Counted from the stretch's first letter, positions 12,691-27,029 are shown. The stretch: DNA of 64,000 bases from Octopus vulgaris (GCA_951406725.2 OX597825.1:28148001-28212000); one strand, 5' to 3'. Notes: generated from the letters alone by a model not told the origin. Numbers and translations are program-made.

Positions 12691-12752
12691 TTACATACTA
12701 AAATTACATATTAAATTACATACTAAAATTACATATTAAATTACATATTAAA
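12691..12752. repeat. Short minisatellite (TTACATAYTAAA[A]) x5
   Basis: Direct reading. Confidence 0.85.
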
Positions 12753-14079
12753 TTTATGCTGCTCAAATCAATGATAAGTTTGCAAAGTAAAATGCGTTTC
12801 CTTGACGAAGAAGAAATGTCCTGGATGTTAACCCTTTGCCTCCCCAAAGCATTTTCATAAGTTTCTGTTATTCATCAAAGTTTGTCTTTAAGATATTTTA
12901 GTTAGCCCTTGCTTCATTCGTTCTGAGTAATATAAAACTTTTTCATAAGCTCTATTGGTCACTCTATTGGTCAAGAAAGGTTGGAAGTGTATATCACATC
13001 TGATACACGGATGCCTGGAAAATATGTTCTATGCATCACATCTTGTAGACAGGACGGAAAATATAAAGAAACAATAAACCTGGGAAATGCAAATTCCATA
13101 TAATCGTGAGGAATTGGGAAATACTCTGAGAAGGGAAGCAAAACGGTATCGGATTTTCAGCATCCAGTCGAGTTAACTTCTCTTGCCACAACGCTCAAAA
13201 GGTTTGAGGAAAATATAAGTTATTCTTATAGGTGAGCTAGTCAAGTAATTGCGGGAAACTAAATTATAGTCAAACGTATATAATTCATTGAGTGTAATCC
13301 TGCTTAGGTTATTGAACTCATAGTGGCAAAAGACAAACAAAGTTAAGCCAGCATTAGAATGTACAGCATCTGTATGCAATATTAACATTCGTAAGATCAA
13401 ATTATATATACTTTATTGCAAAGGTTCATATATATCTATTCAATTATAAATGAAACTTAGGAATACAGTTTCATCTAATTTTATTCTAGTGCGATACTCT
13501 AGTAATTATAATTGTCTTTAAAGTTAATCACCTTCCGAGAGTAACTCTAAAATCTCCATTTCATATTTCATCCTTGAAATATCTCACATTTAGTTAACCA
13601 AACGTCAATTAATCCTGGCACATGACAGTTTCTCTTGGTATTGTTCCTGATTCATAACATTAATTCTCAACGTGATTCTTTATTGAGATATGTTAAATCA
13701 GTAATTCGAGTAAACGGTATCATAATTAAATAAGGCTTAGTGTAGAGGATCAAATTGCTTATATAATTCTCGACGAGGCTTTAGTTAACAGAACTATGGA
13801 GTCGTTTAGTCAGTATTGTCTTGGATATTTCATTAGACAGGACTCGAAATTTTATCATACAAATGCAATGTAATAATCTTTATGATAATTTTATTTCTCT
13901 TCACTGCTACAAGTTTATTTCTATCTAGAGAAGTTATCACGTATATCGAGGATTGGATTAGTTCTTACCAATTACATGCAACATATGTATGCATGTATGT
14001 ATGTAAATATACACACATGCATACATATATACATATATATACATACATACATACAGACGTATATGTGTGTGTGTAAATG

Positions 14080-14123
<44 letters not shown>

Positions 14124-14172
14124 ATGAGTGTGTGTCTGTACAAATGATATATATATATATATATATATACAT

Positions 14173-14580
14173 AGGCGTAGGAGTGGCTGTGTAATAAGTA
14201 GCTTGCTCACGAACCACATGGTTCCGGGTTCAGTCTCACTGCGTGGCACCTTGGGCAACTGTCTTCTATTATAGCCTCAGGCCGACCAAATCCTTGTGCG
14301 TGGATTTGATAAACTGAAAAGGAAAGAAGCTCGTCGTATGTATGTGTGCGTGTATATGTTTGCGTGTCTGTGTTTCTGTGTTTGTCCCCCCAACATCGCT
14401 TAACAACCGATGCTGGTGCGTTTACATCCCCGTCGCTTAGCGGTTCGGCAAAAGAGACCGATAGAATAAGTACTAAGCTTCCAAAGAATAAGTCCTGCGG
14501 TCGATTTGCTCGATTGAAGGCGTTGCTCCAGCATGGCCACAGTCAAATGACTGAAATACGTAAAAGAGTAAAAGAGAGAG
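14173..14580 (+). mobile_element. SINE A, full-length
   Basis: AGGCGTAGGAGTGGCTGTGTAATAAGTAGCTTGC...GGCACCTTGGGCAA...tail GTAAAAGAG. Confidence 0.88.
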
Positions 14581-14804
14581 TATATATCCGTATGCATGCG
14601 TACACACACAAGTACACACGAACATACACACACACACATATATATATTTATATAATGTGTGTACTTGTGTATATGTATTCGCTCTGCGTAATAGTATGCC
14701 TAAAGTCGTCGACGATCGAGAACCTCCACCAACTTCATTCTACACACAACTCAGCACGTTTTTTCCATCGGATCTCCACTACTCGACTGGTAAGGCCATC
14801 GCGT

Positions 14805-14839
<35 letters not shown>

Positions 14840-15266
14840 CACTATCTCTCTTTCTTTCTTTCTCTCTCTCTCTCTTTCGTTCCCTCTTCCTTTTTTTCAG
14901 TTTTCTCCAAAATAACCAGGACGTTTTCTCCTCCTCTGATGTCCAATGAACCTAGCCTGCTCTGGTTCCTTATTTTGTTAAGAAGATTTCTGATGACTTC
15001 GTGAATCAGTCTTAAGTGGTTCGATTTTTATACCATTATTTCTACGAGATATCTTTAGCATTCACCTAGTTAAGAACATTTATGCAACCTTGATAACCGT
15101 TTGAATATTTCAAATCACATAACCCTATAAAATTTGGGTCATATATATATATATATATATATATATACTCATAAATGAGGGTGAAAAATTAGATATTAAT
15201 TCAATAATACCGTCAGTTTAACACCAAGTGGCCTAGCACATAAAAACCAGGGAGACATTACAAATT

Positions 15267-15514
15267 TATACGTAAATATGAGAGAGTTAACGTTAAGTGG
15301 TTAACTCTAGTGCTAGAAATAGCTCCTTATTCTGGTATAGCCACCGAAGTTGTTTCCACAGAAGAAACAACATTACCTTCAACGTAAGGGAAGCGAAATT
15401 GAAGGTAATGTTGTTTCTTCTGTGGAAACAACTTCGGTGGCTATACCAGAATAAGGAGCTATTTCTAGCACTAGAGTTAACCACGTAACGTTAACTCTCT
15501 CATATTTACGTATA
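15267..15514. mobile_element. Foldback / MITE-like palindrome: 116-bp arms, 16-nt spacer
   Basis: 15267-15382 is the reverse complement of 15399-15514 with one mismatch; TA at both ends. The palindrome is certain, the MITE call is inference. Confidence 0.75.
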
Positions 15515-15604
15515 TATATATGCATATATATGTATGTATACATATATATATGTGTGTGTGTGTATAGATAGTAGATAGATAGATAGAGATAGATAGAGAG
15601 AGAT

Positions 15605-15795
15605 GTTTCTAGTTTTGGCACATGGCCAGCAATATCAGGGGAAAGGTCTGTCGACTCCATCGACCCCAGTGCTTCACTGGTTCTTACTATATCGACGCTG
15701 AAGCAATGAAAAGCAAATTCCACTTCGGAGGAATTTAAACTCCATAAAGACGGACGAAGTGTAATTAGTCATTTCAGCCGTCGTGCCAGCTCGTT
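15605..15795 (-). mobile_element. SINE B, old degenerate copy
   Basis: GTCGACTCCATCGACCCCAGTGC...ATGAAAAGCAAATTCCACTTCGGAGGAATTTAAACTC. Confidence 0.65.
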
Positions 15796-16359
15796 TGATA
15801 CAGATATGTGTATGTGTGTGTGCGTGTGTGAGTGTAATGAATATTGCTGTTTGTGTTTTGCTTCTCTGTTTATCTAGTAGATGTTATATATAGTGTATCA
15901 TCATTTCATTTCAGTACATGTGCAAAACACATCACTCACAAGTTTCTCATACTGTCCTACTTAATTATCAATTTTCATTCCTGCTATTTGGCGCCACTAT
16001 GTTCCTGAATAATTCTAAAAGTCTTATCATGTATTACGTTAATAATGTGTTCAGGCTTTACTGTTTCAAAGATATTATGGATTCTACGAAACATTGGTAC
16101 AAAGGAAGTAGAACATGTATTGTAGTTTACTTGTTCTCTTCTTCAATAAATCCCCGCTGTAATACTCAGAGTTGGTTCTATTTCATGTTATAAGCATCAG
16201 GGGACCCAATGAGAATTCTTGTATTGCGGCGTCTAGGGCTGACAGCCACGTATTGCTCAAGTGGCTGATGCATAGAATGAGTAAGTCGTTTCTTCTTGGA
16301 CTCTAATGTTTCATATATTATTATGGATAGAGCAGGACTCCTCTCGTATAAGCGATATC

Positions 16360-16581
16360 TATTTCTTTACTACCAACAAGGGGCCAAACACAGAAGAGAC
16401 AAACAAGGACAGACAAGGGGATTAAGTCGATTACATCGACCCCAGTGCGAAATTGGTACTTTATTTATTGACCCCGAAAGGATGAAAGGCAAAGTCGACC
16501 TCGGCGGAATTTGAACTCAGAACGTAACAACAGACGAAATACGGCTACGCATTTCGCCCGGCGTGCTAACGATTCTGCCAG
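16360..16581 (-). mobile_element. SINE family B, near full-length
   Basis: Reverse complement: CTGGCAGAATCGTTAGCACG (A-box-like)...GAGTTCAAATTCC (B-box-like)...GCCTTTCATCCTTTCGGGGTC...tail AGTAAAGAAATA. Confidence 0.85.
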
Positions 16582-17194
16582 TAGTAGGAATATTAGTTTG
16601 GCAACTGCTTTCCAGTATTTGACATCTTGTAATTTGTGTCTGACGTCCATCTTTGTTGTCTGGAATTTCTTTTCAATGTGAGACATAGCTGAGACGCAAG
16701 GCACCAACTCTTTGGAAAAGTGATCACCTCAATCATGACATCGGAAATGGGTAAATGGTGACAAACAGATTGAAATATAAATCGAACGATTAATCAAGAG
16801 ATCGATTAGGTAACTGGTTAATTAATTAGCATGTTGACTAATGAAAGTAACAGGAAATGAGAGCGTGTCATTCTTACAGACAAACGACATTCCCAAGATA
16901 AAACATCAGTTTCAAGTCACGATGTTCAACCAAGACCTTACAAAAGGATACCAGAATATATGTTCATGAGTGTATATGTATATTGTGCTTGTGTGTGTAT
17001 GAGTGTGTGCGTGTATGCACTTATAATTATTTGTAGGTATAAATATACATACAGACATGAATATATATTGTAGTCGACAACCAGGTCTCCAGCATAGACT
17101 TTATTATGACAGATACGTAAGCTTGACAGGGTTTCTGCTCTAGGCTCCCGGCTGAGTATAAAGCCCTGTAATTACACACAAACACGCGCGTCTG

Positions 17195-18555
<1,361 letters not shown>

Positions 18556-18913
18556 TGAAATAATGAAATGTAATTTTATACACTCGTGATCGTTTTCCAT
18601 TTTTTCTTAACATAAATTTATTTCCCTGTATCCGAAGTTTTCTTTTTTTTTTTTGCTCTTACTTTTGTTTGTGTGATGCTATTTAAAAACCTCACAACAA
18701 TCTTCTCCTATTTTACACGTAACTGATATTTTGAAATACATACTGCAGAGTTTCTCTTAAATTAAATTCCACCATTTTTAAAACTTGAAACTGCGGATTT
18801 TTTGTCTTATCATTTAGCGAAAAGTTTCGTTAACTAAATTTAAACGCTACACTTCCAATCACACGGGAATGTAAGTTATCTATCTTTCAATATATCTATC
18901 AATCTATCTATCT

Positions 18914-19329
18914 TATTTCTTTATTGCCTACAAGGGGCTAAACATAAAGGGGACAAACAAAGAGAGACAAAGGGATTAAGTTGATTACATCGACTCCATT
19001 GCGTTACTGGTACTTAATTTATCAACCCCGAAAGGATGAAAGGCAAAGTCGACCTCGGCGGAATTTGAACTCAGAAGGTAACAGCAGACGAAATACCTAT
19101 TTCTTTACTACCCACAAAGGGCTAAACACAGAGGAGACAAACAAGGACATACAGACCGATTAAGTCGATTATATCGACCCCAGTGCTTAACTGGTACTTA
19201 ATTTATCGATCCCGAAAGGATGAAAGGCAAAGTCGACCTTGGCGGAATTTGAACTCAGAACGTAAGGCAGACGAAATACGGCTATGCATTTCGCCCGGCG
19301 TGCTAACGTTTCTGCCAGCTCACCGCCTT
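18914..19329 (-). mobile_element. SINE B head-to-tail dimer
   Basis: Two B units joined at GACGAAATACC|TATTTCTTTAC (19097/19098). Confidence 0.88.
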
Positions 19330-19335
19330 TCTGCC

Positions 19336-19420
<85 letters not shown>

Positions 19421-19618
19421 ACTATTTGTCTGTCTGTCTGTCTCTTTGCCTCTCTGTCCGTCTACCTCTCTATCTGTTTATCTACCTATATATCCATCAA
19501 TCTCTCTGTTTATCTATTTCGATATTTCTTTCTCTTCCTCACTCGCTTTCTCTCTCTCCCTCCCTCTCTCTCTATATATACATACATACATACATACATA
19601 CATACATACATACATACA

Positions 19619-19650
<32 letters not shown>
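19336..19650. repeat. (CTAT)n, CT-rich and (TACA)n microsatellites
   Basis: Direct reading. Confidence 0.95.
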
Positions 19651-20035
19651 GAAAATCCCTCTGCTATGGAATACATTCATAACCAACATCATAAGGAATA
19701 CTGATGGAATATTCCTATCAAAACGTATGTCAAATGTAAGCATAACAGGCCCGATATTGTTGTTTGGAACAGAGCGACAATGTTATGCACCGCCATAGAG
19801 GTCAGCTGCCCTGCAGATATAAATATCTCTTTGAAAATCAGAGAAAAAAAGGCATCTATAGACAACTGGTTCGAAACCTGCAGCTTCTATATCCGGAATA
19901 TGAATTCATATTCATAGCAATAATAATGGGAGCACTAGGTTTTATTAGTAAATGGGTAAAGGAGAATCTGGATAAACTGGGGTTTTCAGAAAGAGATATC
20001 AACCGGCTAATTCATACATTATGAGTGCAATCTGG
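19651..20035 (+). pseudogene. Non-LTR retrotransposon (R4/Dong/NeSL-like) C-terminal restriction-like endonuclease fragment
   Basis: KEY*WNIPIKTYVKCKHNRPDIVVW...IEVSCPADINISLKIREK then frameshift to GIYRQLVRNLQLLYPEYEFIFIAIIMGALG; PD-(D/E)xK-type REL signature. Confidence 0.85.
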
Positions 20036-20064
20036 ACAGTTAGATAGGTTGTATGTATTAATGC

Positions 20065-20120
<56 letters not shown>

Positions 20121-21154
20121 AGAGAGAGATGCATAGAGATACATATTTTTACGTGTGAGTTTGTGTGTGTGTGTGTGTGTAATTACAATGTTTGTTTGAT
20201 ACTCATCTGGGGCCTAGGGCAGAAACCACGTCAATTTTCCTTTGTTGAAAGCTTTGATGGCCTGTGGATTTTTTAGAAGCTACCGTGTCTTTCAGTTTCT
20301 AAATTTGATCGACCGTCGTTATCTTTCTTTTGCAACACATCCATATCTTGTGAAATCATTTGACATGATTTTGGAAAAAGACAGAAGTATTACACCGAAT
20401 ATATGGCTACACTGCCGATATAGTGTTCCTGTAACTGGCAGGAAATTCCTTAAGTCATGGATAGTGCAGATGATTTTTACTGTGTATTGCAAATCCTTTC
20501 GTCTTTCCTGACAGCAGTAAGCTACCTGCTCAGCGATACATATTCAATATTATATGAGACACATGGACTGCCGAACTACACGGATAGCCATCATTTGCAG
20601 CCACAGTTATAAAATGTATATCAATAAGAGTATTTCAAGCGTATAATATAGATGGATTGAATCAATATCTCTATGTGGCCTTCTGATAAGTTTTGGCGGG
20701 TGATTGATTCGAATGTTAGCAACCTTCCGTGCTTCTCTAATTTCATTACGAAAATGTTATCGCAAGCATTGTTCATCTCCCGAAGCCTTCTTAATGGAAC
20801 CAATTGTTAATATTAGTTCATCTCATAATCGTCAGTACTTAAAAACGTCAAAGTGTCTTAATAATTTCTCCATTTATATTACTTTTCTTAGTGGTCAGAC
20901 CATATGGGAGTCTACATTTAGCATATTAGGAATCCACCTAGTGGTCATTCTGCTTATATGTATGTAATATAAGTTTCTGAATCTTCAGATTTTTTTCAAT
21001 ATGCTAGGACATTGTATTAAATTGATGTTAATCTAATTAATATCAATTTTTACTCTTATTATTTAAATGTAAATAACCATGTTCTCTAATCGGCAGGCTT
21101 CGACGCAGAAAATGATTTTCTACAGAATCATTTCCGGCTTCGGTGCGCCAAAAG

Positions 21155-21213
<59 letters not shown>

Positions 21214-21336
21214 TATTTCTGTATGTGTGGATATTTATATGCATGTATTTATATATCTATATATGCAATAAACACACATCTATACATGTGCATACATATG
21301 CATATACGTACATAGATATCTGCATATATATATATG

Positions 21337-21368
<32 letters not shown>

Positions 21369-21385
21369 TGTGTGTGTGTGTGTAT

Positions 21386-21422
<37 letters not shown>

Positions 21423-22479
21423 CATAACGTTTATTATATATATATATATTTTTTTTTTTTGTTGCAAAAAAAATTATTATGGTTTGTTGTAAACTCCGCT
21501 GTTTCTGTCCTGAATCTTGGCATTTTGCATTGTTCTTAATCCCTCGTGTCTTAGTATCCAATCAACATCATCCTCCACATCATCATTGTTATTATGGTCG
21601 CTGTTGTTTTCATCGTGACTATTGCAATTATATTCAATGTTGTTGAGAACAAGGTACTCTATGAGGAAAACGCTGAGTATGCTTATTTTAGGGAAAGAAA
21701 AAAAAATGTTAATAATCAATGATGCGTTCGCTGTGACAATGATGGCAAAAGTCCAGGGGAAATATAAATAATATAAATATGTATTTATTATTTGTATTAT
21801 CGAAACTTTTTTATTATTTTCACATGTTGTTATTTATATTATCACTTCTTATACATTAATTCTTATTTCATGTCGATGACAGAAATTTGAATTATTGAAA
21901 ATTCTTGTTAGTTGGAACTGAATTGATAATCTTTGCTCGGATAAGAGAAAATCTCTTTTTTTTATATTTTCTTCTTTGATGTTGCCCTGTGGCATATATA
22001 TGTTATGACAGTTTCACAAATGTTTGCAGTTTTTTTCTTTCTTGTTTCTCTGATTTCCCCGTGTTCCTAACTATGTAAAATTCAACAACAATATTTTCAA
22101 CAACATCATCGTTACGTTCTGTATTTTTTTTTTCCTTTTTAGCAATGACAAATTCTAAATTCCTGGAGAAAATTTAGATCAAAAATATCAACAAAAAAAT
22201 TAGTTATCTTACACGTTTTTTTGTACAAACGTTTCATGTAAGACTTGAAATATTTCTGTTGAAAAGAATACAAATCCCTTTAGGTGAAAACAGAATATAT
22301 TTTTGCTATATTTAGTTTATTGGAAGGATGAGGCAACGGCCGGTTTTGTCCTTCCACGACCAATAAAATCAATGATGTTGAGGTCGAGATTTGATATCTG
22401 TATATCTGTTTATGACAAAATATGGCATAGTAAGATTATAATCGAGATACACTTTCGTTTATGGATTGCAACGCATCAG

Positions 22480-22620
22480 TAAAAAGTCCGTTCCGCGAGC
22501 ACAGGCCTCCAGATAGATCCCAATCTGCCGCATTTTGGTCAAATTTATTCTACAATAGTAGAAGGCTGGCCAATATATTGCAAGTGGAATTTGCTAAACA
22601 GAAAAAAACAGAACATGTCT
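22480..22620 (+). mobile_element. SINE A, highly degenerate fragment
   Basis: GCATTTTGGTCAAATTTATTCTACAATAG...GCAAGTGGAATTTGCTAAACAGAAA aligns loosely with the A body. Confidence 0.45.
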
Positions 22621-22829
22621 AAAAGAACGCTGCATGTGTCTGTGCGTGTGTTGATGTAAATATGTGTGATTGCCAATTCAGACACGGACTTAAGCATGTA
22701 TTTGCATACTTACTTACATATGTACATGCCTTTTTTGTTTATACACCTGTCTTCATTTTTTGTTTTTCTGTAAATTCCACACACACACACACACACACAA
22801 TACACACACACACATACACACACACACAG

Positions 22830-22917
<88 letters not shown>

Positions 22918-22920
<3 letters not shown>

Positions 22921-23120
22921 CGAAGTGACAACACAACAGCACGAGGACGTGGAACAAGTATAGTGTTATTAGACGCTCAGGAGAGGAAAGAAAGAAGGAG
23001 GATTTAACGTTTCGGGCGGAGCTGTTTGTTAGAAACATAAACATAGAAAAAGGAAAAGTCCAAGGAAGGGAAGACGGAGGAAAAAAATCGCCAACGATAC
23101 ACACGTGGTCACATATTGAA
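22918..23120 (-). mobile_element. Family D short element (Penelope-like terminal repeat relic), degenerate hammerhead core
   Basis: Homologous to 48879-49088, 56446-56660, 57441-57620; embedded in (TA)n. Confidence 0.65.
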
Positions 23121-23544
23121 ATATATATATATATACGTTTCTCAATTTGTGTTGCAAGATTTCTGATGAGAAACCGTGTGTTGAAGCAGATATTGTATTT
23201 CGGGACAGTCATTTTTTTTTTGGGTAAAATAAACACACGCAGTATGTATTTGTTTTTCACTCGTTTATTACTGTTCTTCTCTTTTTCTTTTTTTAAATCA
23301 TGTCCATCATGCGGCAATCTTTCGTCACACCACTGTGACCTCAACCGTGATACTTTTCGTTTTCGTGTACGCTATTGCTCCGCTTAATGCATTCTGTTAT
23401 GTCTTTTAATGTATTCTTCCACCGGCAGTAAAAGTGATCTCGAATTATTGCGGTGTTTTTATTTTTAGAATTTGTAACATACAAATTACACAATATCTAT
23501 TACACGACAGCAAAAGCAAACAAGAAATATGTCCTGTTAATTCA

Positions 23545-23928
23545 GTGAGTGGCTTGGGAGAGAGCTTCCCAACCACATAGTTCCGGGACCAGTTCCACAA
23601 TGCGGCAGTTCGAGTATCTTCTACTAGTGCTCCGGGTCGAGCAAACCTCGTGAGTGAATTTCGTTGAGGGAACCTGAAAGTATCCTGTAGTGTGTGTGTG
23701 TGTGTGTGTGTGTGTCTTTGCGTTTGTGCTTATCTCCCCTCCATTGCTTGTGAACCAGTGATCCTTTGTTTACGTTCCTGTAAATTAGCGGTTCTGCAAA
23801 ACAGAGCATTAGAATAAGAGCCAGCCTTTAAAAGGTCTTGTCGCTGGGTGGATTTATTACACTAAAGCTTTCAATGTTGTGACTCTGTATGGCCGTGTTT
23901 CAATGGCCAAAGCAAAGAAAAGATAAAA
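23545..23928 (+). mobile_element. SINE A, old degenerate copy
   Basis: GAGTGGCTTGGGAGAGAGCTTCCCAACCACATAGTTCCGGG...TTAGCGGTTCTGCAAAA...ATGGCCG. Confidence 0.7.
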
Positions 23929-24308
23929 CATGGTTTACTCACACTGTAGCATTTACGATACCACATATTCATAACAAATTCATCGCAGGTCTATTTATAA
24001 AAATAATTTACTAAATAATAAAAAAAATTTTTTTAATAAAATAAACGTTATAATATTTTTTTGTCAGAATGTTTGATTAAAAATAAGGCAGCTTTTAGTT
24101 ACGTCCCTTTATATTCTGTGTAACAAATCCCATCGAGGCCGATAAAAATATGTATAGCTATTTCAGAACTGGACTAGATTAAATCAAATATCTTTTCTCC
24201 AAAATGTGTTTGACTAGAAATCGTTGAATTGATTGCGACATACTAAGTCAGATATGGACAACCAGAATCCCATGGGAATTTCTGAAAAATTACCTTAAAA
24301 TTTGTTTA

Positions 24309-24377
24309 GTACAGTCCGCCTGATGATGAGCCCATGTTTCGTGTCCGTTGCTCGAAAACGGTTGCCCATGACTGTAC
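24309..24377 (+). ncRNA. Candidate type-I hammerhead ribozyme (Penelope-like)
   Basis: GTACAGTCcGC-CTGATGA-t-GAGC...GCTC-GAAA-ACGGT-T-GCccatGACTGTAC: 8-bp distal stem I, intact core, 4-bp stem II. Confidence 0.55.
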
Positions 24378-25399
24378 CAAGTGACCTATTTCTTATGATG
24401 AATACGAATCGATTGAGGTAATTGAAGAGCAATAAAAATTCTAATGAATTAAAATCTTAATTTAGAGAATACCCAAATGGTGATCTTTCGAATTTTGTAC
24501 ATATAATCTGTGGAATAGAGGCAAAAACAGCATCTGTTATAAGTGAAAGAAAGGCATTCATCATGTGGGTATCTACAGGGCAGTATGCAAAACTCTGTGT
24601 GTGTGTGTGCTCGCGAGAGAGAGAGCAGTATACCAAAGCATTTCGTAATTATATTTTTCCTCCGTCTCTGCTATGAAAACCTTCAGTTGATTAAATAAAA
24701 TATATATATAAAATCAGTATCTTTATTACCTCGTGATGAGGATATTTTGACTGATATGAACGATTATCTGTTTATCTTTATCTGTCGATCATTACAGATT
24801 ATTTGCCTTCTCCACTATATGTACAAAGTTCTATAGATCACTACTGGGTTAAAGTTTTCTACCCTCATTCACATAAAAAACTATACACATGCCTACCATT
24901 ATAAATCTGCTAATTTTCCCATGTCGTTGTTTTAAATTGGCTGTGGATGCCCTCCCTCTAAATTATTATACACACACATTTTAATGTCTAACCTGTAGAG
25001 CTTTTATACAATATTTAATGTTGTTCAAGGAAATTAATGAAATTTTGTTTCAGACATAAATTGTTTGTTATTTGCAGAAAGTATCAGATTTGTCTAAAAA
25101 TCAAGTGAATTTATAAGACACCAAACAGGGAAGCCAATACTGAATTTTCGTGACTGGAATGGTATTTTTGATTACCGTTACCATCAATGAAATCAAAGCT
25201 CTTCAAATTAGTCATCGATCTACAAGTCCTAGAGTGAAATTATATTTAGTGCTTATCACGACTTACTATAAATTAAAATATGGAGGATCGACGCAATTGA
25301 TTTCCTACTCGATATTGAGAGAAAATTCTAGAAGTTTTTGTTCGTGTTGAAATATTTCAATGGTAGAGTGGTCATTTGAACCTAGCTAAAGATCACGTA

Positions 25400-25470
25400 T
25401 AACAGAAGTATTTATAAATCGAAAACATCAGCCGAAGACAATCCTAAATCTGGATGGTCCTTCAGGAAAA
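25400..25470 (+). pseudogene. Possible mariner N-terminal relic (DxPRSGRP-like)
   Basis: Translates KTSAEDNPKSGWS; short and weak. Confidence 0.25.
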
Positions 25471-26409
25471 CAAACGGAAGTGCGAGCCTGTATTCCATTC
25501 AGAGTTGCTGACAGCGATAATTCGCTAAGACAGGAAATGTAAGGAATAATGAATATAGTATTATTCAAATATTATAAACGTCATTCGTGGAGATGTGTGA
25601 ATATATATAAGGGACAATCTGAAATTAGTTGTGTTTGTGACGTGTTTTCAATTTCGGGTTGCATTAATTTTATCTTATGAGGTTCAAAATATTCCCAAAT
25701 ATTTCTTCCCCAAAATTTAAATGAGGCGAATTATATTCGATTTGTTCTACATTGCATTTCCCTCTTTCCTAGATGTAAATTATATACGCTCCCATAACGA
25801 TAACTTTATGGAAAATATTGTAGTATGCTGAACTTAAATCTTCGACCACATTTTACTCATGTTTTATTTATAGGGTACCAGAAAGATGATAGAATAATTT
25901 TACCAAGCTACGGTTCAGTACATAATGGTAGCGATGTACCTGAAAGGAACGAGATTAAAAGTCAGACCTTTCTTGTGGTTCCATTATCTCACGTTAGTCT
26001 AACAAGGAAAGAAATCTTCACTAATGTATACAAGTCGAATATAATTCCCAGATTCGACAAGTTTAGAAAGAGTGTAACTATTTTTATCAAACTCGGAATC
26101 AACGAACGGCAAATTTGACCCTGATGGGACTTGAATGAGAATTAAATAAGATGTAGCTAAATACCGAAAGATATTTTAATTCCTCTGCTTCTTCCATCGC
26201 AATGCAACAATGTTAATTTCTGACCGATGAATATTTATGAACAACTCATCTTAGAGATTTGATGCTAACTCTTTCACATAACTGCGAACAATAAGCCAGT
26301 CTTTAAGAAACTTCAGGTACCCTAGTATTTAATAAAATTCTAATGAATATTAATGTCAGTTTTACAATGAATTATGTAACTTAACTCTTACTGGTGCTAT
26401 ACATTAATA

Positions 26410-27029
26410 TCGGTTTCGAGTTTCGGTTCAAGGCCAACAATTTCTGAGTGGTTATTCCGATTACATCGACGCCAGTTCTCAACTGCTACTTGTTTTATCG
26501 ACTGCGGAAGGATGAAATTCAAAGTTGACCTGGATGGCATTTGAACTCACAACGTAAACTTAGACGAAATGCCACTAAGCATTTTCTTTGGCGTGTTAAA
26601 AATTCTAATTTCTTTACTGCCCACAAGGGGCTAAACATAGGGGGGGGGGGGGGCAAACAAGGACAGACAAACGGATTAAGTCGATTAGATCGACCCCAGT
26701 GCGTAACTGGTGCTTAATTTATCGACCCCGAAAGGATGAAAGGCAAAGTCGACCTTGGCGGAATTTGAACTCAGAACGTAGCGGCAGACGAAATACCTAT
26801 TTCTTTACAAGCCACAAGGAACTAAACACAGAAGGATAAAACAAGGACAGACAAACGGATTAAGTCGATTACATCGATCCCAGTGCGTAACTGGTGCTTA
26901 ATTAATCGACCCCGAAAGGATGAAAGGCAAAGTCGACCTCGGCGGAATTTGAACTCAGAACGTAACGGCAGACGAATTACGGCTACGCATTTTGCCCGGG
27001 GTGCTAACGTTTCTGCCAGCTCGCCACCT
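26410..27029 (-). mobile_element. SINE B cluster: old copy (26410-26606) abutting a young dimer (26607-27029)
   Basis: Three B cores; dimer junction GACGAAATACC|TATTTCTTTAC at 26797/26798. Confidence 0.88.

Noticed and set aside
14989-15015. CTGATGA as another hammerhead core
   Set aside because: No GAAA box or paired stem II downstream.
15312-15323. GCTAGAAATAGC identical to part of the engineered Cas9 sgRNA scaffold
   Set aside because: Only 12 nt, flanks do not match, and the motif recurs in native repeats; no Cas/TnpB/Fanzor ORF is visible in the window.
15293-15488. Two nearly identical 63-aa ORFs on opposite strands
   Set aside because: A direct consequence of the DNA palindrome.
20200-21000. 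Possible RT YADD-like motif (DSADD) region
   Set aside because: Multiple stops and no supporting collinear motifs.
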